From assembly GCA_964640725.1 (NCBI GenBank), contig CAZXIJ010000013.1, forward strand, positions 6,858 through 70,857: a DNA stretch of 64,000 nt. The letters run 5' to 3'. The stretch's first letter is position 1. Each line of letters opens with the position of its first letter. The DNA comes from an uncultured Pseudomonadales bacterium. Its GTDB lineage: Bacteria; Pseudomonadota; Gammaproteobacteria; Pseudomonadales; Azotimanducaceae. The notes beneath the pieces are model-generated. The model worked only from the letters and a program-made list of their open reading frames with translations. It did no database searches and had not been told where the DNA came from. Both the position numbers and the translations under genes were made by a program. Below are positions 47,170-55,732 of the stretch, one piece after another.

Positions 47170-48492
47170 CTATTCCTCGCCCGCGTGCTTGAGGTAGTGC
47201 ACGGCGAGCGAGGTCATCGACCGCACACCGGGCTCCAGGGCAGCCTCGTCCACGTAAAACAACGGCGAGTGATTGGGTATCGCTTCCTGCGGCGGTACGT
47301 CTTCCGGCCTTGCGCCGATAAAGAAAAACAGGCCCGGGATCTCGCGCTGGAACTCCGAGAAGTCCTCAGCGCCGGTGATGCGCGGGCTTTCCAGAACGTT
47401 CTCCTGGCCATACACGCGCGCGAGCGTTGGGGCCATCATCGCGGTCAGCCCGGCATCGTTGTAGGTCACGGGAGAGCCGCGATCGATCTCGAGCGTTGCC
47501 GTCGCGCCAAAGCTTTCCGCCGTGCTGTTGACGATGCGCGCCATCTTTTCGGCGATAGCTTCCTTGACCGACGGCTCGAAGGTGCGGATCGTTCCGGTCA
47601 GCCGCGCGGTATCGGGAATAATGTTGTTGCGCACGCCGGACTCGAACTGGCCCACCGTCACGACCGCTGGCGCCCGGGTCAGATCGACCTGGCGGCTGAC
47701 GATGCTCTGCAGTGCCGTGACCATATGCGAACCCACCAGAATCGGATCGACACCGCCCCAGGGCTGGGCACCGTGGGTTTGTCGGCCCGTGATCTGAATT
47801 TCGAAACGCTGCGCGCTGGCCATCATGCCCAGGGGACGGAACGCGACCTTGCCAACCCCAAAGCCCTGGGAGATGTGCAGGCCGAAGATCGCATCGACCT
47901 CCGGGTTTTTCAGCACGCCCTCTTCGATCATCATGGAGGCGCCGCCATTCTCCCCTGCAGGCGGGCCTTCTTCTGCCGGCTGAAACACGACTTTTACCGT
48001 GCCCGGCCAGCGGTCCTTCATCTTCGCGAGAATCTGCGCCGCGCCCATCAGGATAGCCACGTGATTGTCGTGCCCACAGGCATGCATCACGCCGACTTCG
48101 CGACCCTCAAACTCGCCCTTGGCCGTTGACGCGTACTCGAGCCCCGTTCGCTCCACCACCGGCAGGCCGTCCATGTCAGCGCGCAGCGCAACCACCGGGC
48201 CCGGGCCGTTGCCCCGCAGCACGCCAACGACACCGGTGTGGGCGACACCGGTCTGCACCTTGTACCCAAGCTTCTTCAGATGCCGCGCCACGATTTTGGC
48301 CGTGCGGAACTCGCGGTTGGATAGCTCCGGGTTCGCGTGCAGGTCCCGGCGCCAGCGCACCACCTGATCGTTGAGCCGCGCCGCGGCAGCGTCGATCTCG
48401 GCATAGGTGCCCGGATCTGCGCGCAGCGGTATCGCCAGCACCAGCAAGGCGAGAGCAGCGAGACGGAACAGACCGTGCGACATGAGTTTCAT
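47170..48492 (-). CDS. periplasmic M20-family amidohydrolase (hippurate hydrolase / aminoacylase-like)
   Basis: Signal peptide MKLMSHGLFRLAALALLVLAIPLRA. Family motifs MHACGHDNH, FQPAEEG and RADMDGLP. ATG at 48492 (alternative 48483). Confidence 0.85.
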   Translation of the reverse strand: MKLMSHGLFRLAALALLVLAIPLRADPGTYAEIDAAAARLNDQVVRWRRDLHANPELSNREFRTAKIVARHLKKLGYKVQTGVAHTGVVGVLRGNGPGPVVALRADMDGLPVVERTGLEYASTAKGEFEGREVGVMHACGHDNHVAILMGAAQILAKMKDRWPGTVKVVFQPAEEGPPAGENGGASMMIEEGVLKNPEVDAIFGLHISQGFGVGKVAFRPLGMMASAQRFEIQITGRQTHGAQPWGGVDPILVGSHMVTALQSIVSRQVDLTRAPAVVTVGQFESGVRNNIIPDTARLTGTIRTFEPSVKEAIAEKMARIVNSTAESFGATATLEIDRGSPVTYNDAGLTAMMAPTLARVYGQENVLESPRITGAEDFSEFQREIPGLFFFIGARPEDVPPQEAIPNHSPLFYVDEAALEPGVRSMTSLAVHYLKHAGEE

Positions 48493-48520
48493 AGGAGGCT
48501 TCCGTAAATGAGCGATATCG

Positions 48521-49156
48521 TCAGGCTCTGCCCGACGATGGCGCGTTGCCGCGCTGCTGCCACCAGGCGGCAAAGCGTAGCAAGCCAGCCACCAGGGCGA
48601 GCGCAAAGAGCAGCGACGAAATCAGGCTGAGCCCAAACCCGCCGGACAGCGTAAAGGTGTACAGGAGCCAGACGTAGTGCATGCCAAAGCGGTGCAGCCA
48701 GCGCCAGCGCGGACCCAGTGTTCGCAGCCCCCAGCTATTGGAGGTGAGCGCCATAAACCAGAGCGCCAGAAAGGCGATACCGGCGAAGAGCAACACCTCG
48801 AGACCGGTATCGCCAATATTTGCCGTCAGAAACACGATCACGTAGCCAAAGTGAATCGTGTGCACAAAAGCGGCGCTCAGCCCCAGATAGCGGCGGTTGC
48901 GCAGGGCACCGACGGCGAAGCGGCGCAGGGGCCCATCGTCAAACACGACCTTCATGGGCCGGGCCGCGTAGGCCACGATAAAGTAGGCAAAGGACAGCCA
49001 GGCGGTCGCCAGCAAGGCATAGCCGATATAGTCCCGGGACTCGGTGTAGGGCGGATGGCTCAGCAGGAACAGACAGGTCAGAAACAGCGAGCTGCCGAGA
49101 ATCAGCCACTTCACGGTCCCGCGGCCGGACACGGAAGAGACCGCCGCGTCAGTCAT
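48521..49156 (-). CDS. ferric-reductase-like / MsrQ-like transmembrane protein (putative b-haem binding)
   Basis: About six TM helices. His pairs lie within helices (FVHTIHFGY, LHRFGMHYVW). ATG at 49156 overlaps the upstream gene by 8 nt. Confidence 0.6.
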   Translation of the reverse strand: MTDAAVSSVSGRGTVKWLILGSSLFLTCLFLLSHPPYTESRDYIGYALLATAWLSFAYFIVAYAARPMKVVFDDGPLRRFAVGALRNRRYLGLSAAFVHTIHFGYVIVFLTANIGDTGLEVLLFAGIAFLALWFMALTSNSWGLRTLGPRWRWLHRFGMHYVWLLYTFTLSGGFGLSLISSLLFALALVAGLLRFAAWWQQRGNAPSSGRA

Positions 49157-49550
49157 CCAGCTCGTACTCCAGGGGCGCGTCGAGGCGAAAGTCGACGTTG
49201 CTGGTGACACGGTCCACGGCAACCGGTTGGCCTGCTTCGCGAGCGGCCCGGTAGCGCCAGCTGCGCACTGCTGCCAGCGCCGCAGCATCAAACACCCCGG
49301 GGGGCTCTGCCGCGACCACCCGGGCGTTCACCACCCGACCGTCAACCGTGATGCCGTAGGCGACGGTCACCCGCCCCTCGATGCCGTCCGCTTTGGCCTG
49401 CGGCGGATAGCTGGGGCCAGCACCGCCCATGAGCTGCGGGCCATGGCTGGCCGGGCTGACACAGCCAGCGAGCGCCAGGAGCGCGACGGCCCACGCGAGC
49501 TGGACGCGGGCCGGCGCCAGGCGAATCAGGGTTCGGGGTCGTGCCACCAT
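49149..49550 (-). CDS. TonB C-terminal-domain lipoprotein (no TM anchor or Pro-rich spacer)
   Basis: Lipobox LALAGC. The TonB_C fold signature is PSYPPQAKADGIEGRVTVAYGITVDGRVVNARVV...GVFDAAALAAVRSWRY. 133 aa from the ATG at 49550. Confidence 0.75.
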   Translation of the reverse strand: MVARPRTLIRLAPARVQLAWAVALLALAGCVSPASHGPQLMGGAGPSYPPQAKADGIEGRVTVAYGITVDGRVVNARVVAAEPPGVFDAAALAAVRSWRYRAAREAGQPVAVDRVTSNVDFRLDAPLEYELDD

Positions 49551-49623
49551 GCGGGCATGGTACCTTCTGGAGCTGGTAAAGGTCAGCCGTACTCGCCGGC
49601 CGTTCCCAAGCGCGAGACTTGCC

Positions 49624-49911
49624 ATGCCCAGACAGAAATTGCTGTTCCTGTATCTCGAAAGCTCGGCCCTCGACAGCCGGGTCATCGGCTGGACAAGCTA
49701 CGACGGCACCGGCGCAACGCGCAGCCACGCCGGCGATAGCAGCGAACCGCCCTGCGCCACCGGCCTCGAAGCGCTGCAGCAGGGCTGGCGCCTGATCCAG
49801 GCCAGCCCTCTGCTGCCCCACGCGCCGGGCGCCGAGTTCGATCTGAGCTATCTGAAGTACGAGTTCATCTTTGAGCAGTGGGGCGACCCCGGGGAGGCCG
49901 ATCATGGCTGA
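49624..49911 (+). CDS. hypothetical 95-aa protein coupled to a PhyH dioxygenase
   Basis: ATG at 49624. Its last 8 nt overlap the next gene's start, and GGGGAGG inside its 3' end serves as the SD for that gene. No family recognised. Confidence 0.5.
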   Translation: MPRQKLLFLYLESSALDSRVIGWTSYDGTGATRSHAGDSSEPPCATGLEALQQGWRLIQASPLLPHAPGAEFDLSYLKYEFIFEQWGDPGEADHG

Positions 49912-50836
49912 TCGAATCCTGCTGGACTCAGAGGCTATGGCCACCTTCGCTGCCCGCGGCTTTCTGCGCTTCGACGCGCTGGTGCCGGAGGCGCTGAACC
50001 GCGCCTTTCTCGAGCGCATCGAGGCCGCGAGCCCCGAGGCGGGCCGGCAAACCATGATGCAGACCTACGGCGCCTTGATGAGCCAGCAGGTGTTGCCCAC
50101 GGTGCCGCCCGGTCAGCGCTGGAAGAAAGCCTTCCGCAAGCGCACCGTCATCGGCCAGATCCTGCGCCTGCCGGTACTGCGCGGCGCGATCGAGTCTCTG
50201 GTCGGCCGGGGCGCGGTTGTCGATCACCACTTTCTGCACCTGCGGTTTCCGCCGGGCGCCGGCCAGCACGAGCTGGCCCAGCACTATCACCAGGACTCCA
50301 CGATCGATCCGCGTCAGTCCTTCGATATTCAGCTGTTCTACTTTCCGCACGCGGTGACCGCCGCCATGGGCGGCACCCGATTCCTGCCCGGCAGCCATCT
50401 GCGTCGGGTCAGCGAGGCTGCCATCGCGCGTTACCAGAACATTCGCGGGCAGCAGCAGGTTGTGTGCCCCGCCGGGACCGTGCTGATTTTGCACCACGGC
50501 ATCTGGCACGGCGGTGGCGCCAACGCCAGCGCGCAGCATCGCTTTCTGTGGAAGCTGCGCCTGTGCCCGCAGCGGCCGCAGGTGCGGCTCTGGGACACGT
50601 CAGACCTGCCCGCCGAGCACCGCGTGCAGCGCCCCACGTTCTGGATCGATCCCGCAGCCCCGGTCGATCCCGTGCACCGCATTCTGACCACGGCCGAGCC
50701 GTGGCACGAAGCCGACACTTCCCGGCTGGAATTCATCGCGCGGATTCGTTTCTGGCGCCAGCTGCTCGGCGACCAGAGCTTCGATGCGGACTACTGGCTC
50801 ACGCGGTTGGAAAACGAGTTCTACGACCCGGCCTGA
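49904..50836 (+). CDS. phytanoyl-CoA dioxygenase (PhyH) family Fe(II)/2-oxoglutarate oxygenase
   Basis: HxD in HYHQDS, the distal His in GIWHGGGAN, and a PhyH-like N-terminus FAARGFLRFDALVPE. Confidence 0.8.
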   Translation: MADRILLDSEAMATFAARGFLRFDALVPEALNRAFLERIEAASPEAGRQTMMQTYGALMSQQVLPTVPPGQRWKKAFRKRTVIGQILRLPVLRGAIESLVGRGAVVDHHFLHLRFPPGAGQHELAQHYHQDSTIDPRQSFDIQLFYFPHAVTAAMGGTRFLPGSHLRRVSEAAIARYQNIRGQQQVVCPAGTVLILHHGIWHGGGANASAQHRFLWKLRLCPQRPQVRLWDTSDLPAEHRVQRPTFWIDPAAPVDPVHRILTTAEPWHEADTSRLEFIARIRFWRQLLGDQSFDADYWLTRLENEFYDPA

Positions 50837-51876
50837 AACCCGGCGCCCCTGGCACCATCATTCAGCGCACGCAGCGTGCTGTTCATCTGCCGGGCCGCAG
50901 CTTCCAGCTGCAGGGTGCGCCGGTGCTGGCGCTCCGCCCGGCGCAGGTTGTCGCCGCGCGCCGTGGTCTTGAACACCCGATCACCGGTCAGGTGATCGAG
51001 CAGGTAGCGCAAGCTCAACATCGCCGACACGTAGCGCGGCGCTGCGACCAGGTCAGCCAGGGCGCTCGGGGCGGCGCTGGCCTGCTGGGCGCGCACGAAA
51101 CCGGTCGCCAGCTGCACGAAATAGCCGTGCTCGTAGCGCTCGTTGTGCCACACCGAGGAGCGGATGAGATCGCCGAAGTCCAGGGCGCGGTTGGCCCACA
51201 TCGCGGTGTCCAGGTCCAGCACTGCAGCGACCGTTGCCGTGCCGGTCACGAACTGCAGGTTGTCGGGCTTGCAGTCCCCGTGGATGTAACCGTCCGCCTC
51301 CCCAAAGGTCTCTGCCATGGCGCGCACCTCGCCCACCCGGCGCCGCCACTCGTCGCTCGCCGCGCTCGCAACTTCGTCAAAGCGCGCCAGAAACCAGGTC
51401 AGATCGTGATAATGGGCGATGGCTGGCTGCAGCCGCTCGCCCGGCAAATTCTCCAGCAGCACCTGGGTGCGGCCGAAGGCGAAGCCCGCCGCCGCCAGAC
51501 GCTTGGCCACGAGTGCTTCAGTGCCCGCTGACCGCAGGTGCTCTCCGGCGACATACCGCCACAAGCGCCAGTGACCGCCGGCATGGTCGATGCTCGGCGC
51601 GCTGGCCCGGGCGCGCACCAGCTCGGGCATCCAGCCCGGCGCCTGCTGCTGCAGGTGCTCGCTGATGCGCGCCAGCTGGCGCATCAAACGCGCGGGCTCG
51701 GGAAACACCTGCTCGCTGACGCGTTGCAGCACAAACGCCCGCTGCCGGGCGTCTCGGACCAGGACCGTGTCATTGATGCGGCCACCGCCGATGACGCTGA
51801 GCAGGACCGGCTCGAACCAGCCGGCACGGCAGGCGGCGCGCGCGTCAGCAAGGGTCGCGGCGGCGCTGCCCGACAT
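50821..51876 (-). CDS. APH-fold phosphotransferase (aminoglycoside/hexosamine/homoserine-kinase-like)
   Basis: Brenner motif IHGDCKPDNL, followed by LDLDTA, and a nucleotide-binding N-lobe GGRINDT. Its start shares one nucleotide with the GH20 stop (TGATG). Confidence 0.75.
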   Translation of the reverse strand: MSGSAAATLADARAACRAGWFEPVLLSVIGGGRINDTVLVRDARQRAFVLQRVSEQVFPEPARLMRQLARISEHLQQQAPGWMPELVRARASAPSIDHAGGHWRLWRYVAGEHLRSAGTEALVAKRLAAAGFAFGRTQVLLENLPGERLQPAIAHYHDLTWFLARFDEVASAASDEWRRRVGEVRAMAETFGEADGYIHGDCKPDNLQFVTGTATVAAVLDLDTAMWANRALDFGDLIRSSVWHNERYEHGYFVQLATGFVRAQQASAAPSALADLVAAPRYVSAMLSLRYLLDHLTGDRVFKTTARGDNLRRAERQHRRTLQLEAAARQMNSTLRALNDGARGAGFQAGS

Positions 51877-53957
51877 CAGGACGGCACCGGCGCGGCCAGC
51901 AGCCAGGAACGCAATGCAAAGACCGGCGCCAGCAACAGGTCATCTTCAGGCTCGGCAAGGTGCGCGAGCTCCGCCTGCGCCGCTGCGTCCAGGGTGCCGG
52001 CTGCCAGGCGCCGAGCGCAAAGCGCAGCCAGCCGGGCGAGCCGATCCCGGGCCGGGCGCACCGCCTCGGGGACGTCAGGCATCACCAGCAGCATTTGCCA
52101 GCGCTCGCAGCAGGCACGAACGACCGCGTCTGGCGCCCGAGCACCGGCAATATCCTGGGCCAGCACGGCCGTCGCGACGCTCACCACCGGCAGGTGGTCG
52201 ACCGCAGCCGTCAGAGGCGTGTGGATATCGTAGGGCCGCGCCTGGGGCATTTCCCGCCCGCCGAGCCGGGCCCGCAGCGCTGCCGTGCCCAACAGCCGGG
52301 CGTACCACTTCAGCGGCTCGAACCAATCGTAAAGCGGTTGCCAGGAGATCGGCACGCCTGCACCCAGCAGCCCCGCGCGCTGCCGCGCGGCCAGATCGTT
52401 GCGCCCGGTTCGTCGCAGACCCTCCAGAAAACAGGCCTGGCGCGATTCCAGCGGCACGACATCCGTCGGCTCCGGCGCCCGCCAGAACCGTTCGGCAATC
52501 GCCGGCAACCGCGACCACAGCCGCACGTCGAGCGTCTGCTCATCGACCAGCTCACTCCACAAACAGGCTTCACCGCCCAGCACGACGGCGCTGGCTGCAT
52601 CGTCGGCGCCGCACGCGATCGGCGGCACCTGATCGGTCTGCAGCGATCCCTCGCGCCACTGGTGCGTCCAGCGCATACCGTCCGCCACCGCTGCAAAGCC
52701 GTCCGCGGTCAGCAGCTCGTCTTCCAGGGCCAGCAGCGCCGACTGCCGGGCACCAGGATCGTAGCGGTGGTGCCAGTGCGCCCCGTAGTGCAGGTCCAGG
52801 TAGAAGCCGCTGGACACAATGCAAGGGTGACCGGCCGCAAGCGCCCGGTCCCGCGTTGTCGCACCGCGCCAGTTCTGCACGGTGACTGGCGGTTCCAGCT
52901 TGGCCAACGTCGGGTGCAGGACCTCGTCCCAGGCCAGCATGCGCCGCCCTCGAGCCTTGAGCGCGCCGTGCAGGAAAAGATTGAACCTGGCCTGCAGCGC
53001 ACTGACTTCGACAGCTGTGCTGGCAAGCCCCTCGGCCTCCTGCCACCAGCCTGGATGCACTTCGTCGCCGCCGACGTGCAGGTAAGCATCCGGAAAGCAG
53101 GCGCACAGCTCGTCGAGCAAGGTGCCGAGCGCGACTCGCACCTCTTCGCTCAGAGGATCGAGGCAGCCCGGATGGACGCCGAAGCGCTTGGTCATGGCCA
53201 GATTACGGGCCAGCGAAAGACCCTCAGCGTTCCGCGGGGCCCACTCCGGATGGGCGACCAACATGTGCGTGACATGGCCAGGTACGTCCAGCTCGGGCAC
53301 GACGCGAATGCCCCGGTCAGCCGCGAACGCCACCAGCGCTGACAAAGCATCGGCGCCGTATGCCTGATCGCTGGCAAGGCGCGGAAAGGCCGTGCTGCGA
53401 AACCGAAACGCCTGGTCATCGGTCAGGTGCAGATGCAGCACATTGAGGCGCACGGCGGCCATGCAGTCGATGGTCCGCTCCAGCGCCGGTATCGGCAGGA
53501 AGTGCCGGGCAACGTCCAGCATCAGCCCGCGCCAGGGATACGCCGGCTGGTCCTGAATCGTCCCGCAGGGCAGCGTCGGGCCTTCGAGACAGAGCTGCAG
53601 CAGCAACTCCAGCCCGTGCAGAACACCCCAGGCGGACTCGCCCTGAAGGGCCAGCCGGCACTCCGCAATTTCGAGCTCAAAGCCTTCGGCGGCACCGAAC
53701 TCAGGCCAGGCGGGCGTCGCCGGGACCGAAAGGTGCAAGGTACCGGGCACTCCGTCGCCGTCGCAGATTCGCGCCAGCCGCGCGTTCAGCCGAGCAACCG
53801 CCGCATCAATCCGGCGCCGGGTCGCGCCCGGCAGCCGCTGATCCCCGTAATCTGGCACAAACTCGACCGGGCGCGGCCGGGCACTGCCGTCCAGCTGCAG
53901 GTGCGCGGGCTGCGGCAGCAGCGTTGCAAACGACTTGTCGGCGGACGTTTCGAGCAT
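51876..53957 (-). CDS. GH20 beta-N-acetylhexosaminidase, no signal peptide, with an approximately 200-aa C-terminal extension
   Basis: LLPQPAHLQL N-terminal domain, GLMLDVARHF, LHLHLTDDQAFRF and the catalytic HVGGDEV. ATG at 53957; the track start at 54059 would overlap the divergent SIS gene. Confidence 0.88.
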   Translation of the reverse strand: MLETSADKSFATLLPQPAHLQLDGSARPRPVEFVPDYGDQRLPGATRRRIDAAVARLNARLARICDGDGVPGTLHLSVPATPAWPEFGAAEGFELEIAECRLALQGESAWGVLHGLELLLQLCLEGPTLPCGTIQDQPAYPWRGLMLDVARHFLPIPALERTIDCMAAVRLNVLHLHLTDDQAFRFRSTAFPRLASDQAYGADALSALVAFAADRGIRVVPELDVPGHVTHMLVAHPEWAPRNAEGLSLARNLAMTKRFGVHPGCLDPLSEEVRVALGTLLDELCACFPDAYLHVGGDEVHPGWWQEAEGLASTAVEVSALQARFNLFLHGALKARGRRMLAWDEVLHPTLAKLEPPVTVQNWRGATTRDRALAAGHPCIVSSGFYLDLHYGAHWHHRYDPGARQSALLALEDELLTADGFAAVADGMRWTHQWREGSLQTDQVPPIACGADDAASAVVLGGEACLWSELVDEQTLDVRLWSRLPAIAERFWRAPEPTDVVPLESRQACFLEGLRRTGRNDLAARQRAGLLGAGVPISWQPLYDWFEPLKWYARLLGTAALRARLGGREMPQARPYDIHTPLTAAVDHLPVVSVATAVLAQDIAGARAPDAVVRACCERWQMLLVMPDVPEAVRPARDRLARLAALCARRLAAGTLDAAAQAELAHLAEPEDDLLLAPVFALRSWLLAAPVPS

Positions 53958-54037
53958 GGATTGGAGGGCGGTCGCGTTGGTCTGTGGCGAGGTGCGTGTC
54001 ACACTAGCCTCGCACCTTAGCAGCACAGAGCCAGCCC

Positions 54038-54673
54038 ATGACAGACGGCGCCAAGGCACCGACCATTGATCGCGACGCAGTCGCCCGGCGCATGCGCGCC
54101 GTGCTCGACGCGGAAGCCAAGGCCATCGCCACGATCAACGTTGACGAGGCGTTTGTACGGGCGGTCGAAGTGCTGGCGCAGTGTCGGGGCAAGGTGCTCA
54201 CCACAGGCATCGGCAAGGCCGGCCACATTGCCCGTAAATTCGCGGCTACCCTGTGCTCCACGGCGACCCCGGCCGACTTCATCCACCCGGCCGAGGCCGC
54301 GCACGGCGACCTCGGCCTGGTCGGCGCCAATGACGTGATGATCGCTTTCTCTACCAGCGGCAAAAGCCTGGAAGTGCTCGAAATCCTCGAGCTGTCCCGG
54401 CACCTGGGCGTCGACACCATCATCGGCGTGACCTCGCACCCGGATTCCCAGCTGCGCGGCAAGTCGGATTTCGTGCTCGACATGGGCGTCATCGAAGAGC
54501 CTTGCCCGCTCGGGCTGACCCCCAGCGCCAGCATGGCGGTCATGCTGGCCATCAGCGACGCGCTGGCGCTGGCCTTGCTGGAGGCCAAAGGCATCACCCG
54601 GGAAGACTACGGGCTCCGCCACCACGGCGGCTATCTGGGCCGCGCTGCGCGCACGGACAACCAGCCGGGCTAG
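54038..54673 (+). CDS. single-domain SIS phosphosugar isomerase (KpsF/GutQ-like, no CBS pair)
   Basis: VLTTGIGKAGHIARKFAATL...VMIAFSTSGKS...IIGVTS is the SIS fold. The protein ends after about 210 aa with no CBS domains. Confidence 0.8.
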   Translation: MTDGAKAPTIDRDAVARRMRAVLDAEAKAIATINVDEAFVRAVEVLAQCRGKVLTTGIGKAGHIARKFAATLCSTATPADFIHPAEAAHGDLGLVGANDVMIAFSTSGKSLEVLEILELSRHLGVDTIIGVTSHPDSQLRGKSDFVLDMGVIEEPCPLGLTPSASMAVMLAISDALALALLEAKGITREDYGLRHHGGYLGRAARTDNQPG

Positions 54674-55557
54674 GACGGGCGCTCGAAGTGCGCCTCGCAG
54701 ATCGCGACGAACCGCTTGGCACCTTCCGTCAGGGGTTTGTGCTTCTTGTAGTACAGGCCCACCTGCCGATCGATGGCGGACAGGTTCAGCCCCTCAATCA
54801 CGTGCAGCCCTGCCAGATCTTTCAGGAGATGATCTGACAGGTAGGTCACACCCTTGCCCGCTTCTGCCAGCGCCAGCCGCAGGTCCAGATTGCTGATTTC
54901 CCATACACCCTGGAACGCATCGCGCAAGCGCGCGCCGCCGCCGAGCTTGATGCCGTCGTCCAGATAGGACGTCAGCAGCGTGGCGTCGGCAATGGCCTGC
55001 TCGGGGGCGTCCATGAATGTTCGAAAGGCCGGATGATTCTCGTGCACGACCAGCTGTCGACGCTCCTGCAGACAGGACCGGGTCACGAAGTGCCCGGGCA
55101 TGCGCGATTGAAAGGGCCCGAAGCCGAGCTCCCAGCGATCGTCATCCACCCCGTAGATGATTTCCTTGCTGGGGGCCACGTCCAGCTTGAGCCGGGTCAG
55201 CGGGTTGCGGTCGCAAAACTCGAGCAGCAGGGCGGGGGCAAAGCAGCGGTTAACCATGCTGTTCACCGCAAGGCTCAGGGTCGACAGCGCGCCGGTGCGG
55301 ATCTGCTGAATGTCTTCGAGCGTCGCCTGCTCTTCCTTGAGCACAATCTGCGCGTAGCGAAATACCCGGTTACCCGCCTCGGTGAGTTCCGGCTGCTTGC
55401 CGCGCATCAGCAGCTGCGTATCCAGCTTGTGCTCAAGGTTGGCCACGGCCTGGCTGACCGCGGACTGGGAAATGCTCAGGCGCTCCGCCGCGCGGCTGAA
55501 CCCGGACTCCTCAACCACCGCGCTGAACACGCGTATCTCATGGCGCTCGATCTGCAT
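54670..55557 (-). CDS. LysR family transcriptional regulator
   Basis: N-terminal wHTH FSRAAERLSISQSAVSQAVANLE. 295 aa. Divergent from the citrate-synthase-family gene. Confidence 0.92.
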   Translation of the reverse strand: MQIERHEIRVFSAVVEESGFSRAAERLSISQSAVSQAVANLEHKLDTQLLMRGKQPELTEAGNRVFRYAQIVLKEEQATLEDIQQIRTGALSTLSLAVNSMVNRCFAPALLLEFCDRNPLTRLKLDVAPSKEIIYGVDDDRWELGFGPFQSRMPGHFVTRSCLQERRQLVVHENHPAFRTFMDAPEQAIADATLLTSYLDDGIKLGGGARLRDAFQGVWEISNLDLRLALAEAGKGVTYLSDHLLKDLAGLHVIEGLNLSAIDRQVGLYYKKHKPLTEGAKRFVAICEAHFERPS

Positions 55558-55597
55558 GCGCGAAGCCTAGCAGCGCGCCCCGGGGCGCTCCACTTAT

Positions 55598-55612
55598 GCA
55601 GCAATCAGCTGC
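55598..55612. promoter_or_regulatory. candidate LysR-type operator (dyad) in the divergent intergenic region
   Basis: GCAGC-aatca-GCTGC dyad, flanked by the direct repeat CTTATG...CTTATG. It lies between the LysR gene and the citrate-synthase-family gene. This is pattern only. Confidence 0.2.
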
Positions 55613-55732
55613 GCTTATGGGCCACAGGCGGCCGCCGGGCGCTATTCGTTTCACTTCTAGCCCCATTAGCCGATACCGATGGGCAACAACGCCGCGCGCG
55701 GATAGCTTGAGGCAAAGCTCCAGGAGATGACC

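Noticed and set aside
51590-53342. Plus-strand ORFs 51590..52885 (431 aa) and 51960..53342 (460 aa) opposite the kinase and the GH20 gene
   Set aside because: They are extremely Arg/Ala/Pro-rich. The minus strand carries the GH20 catalytic motifs and the kinase Brenner motif.
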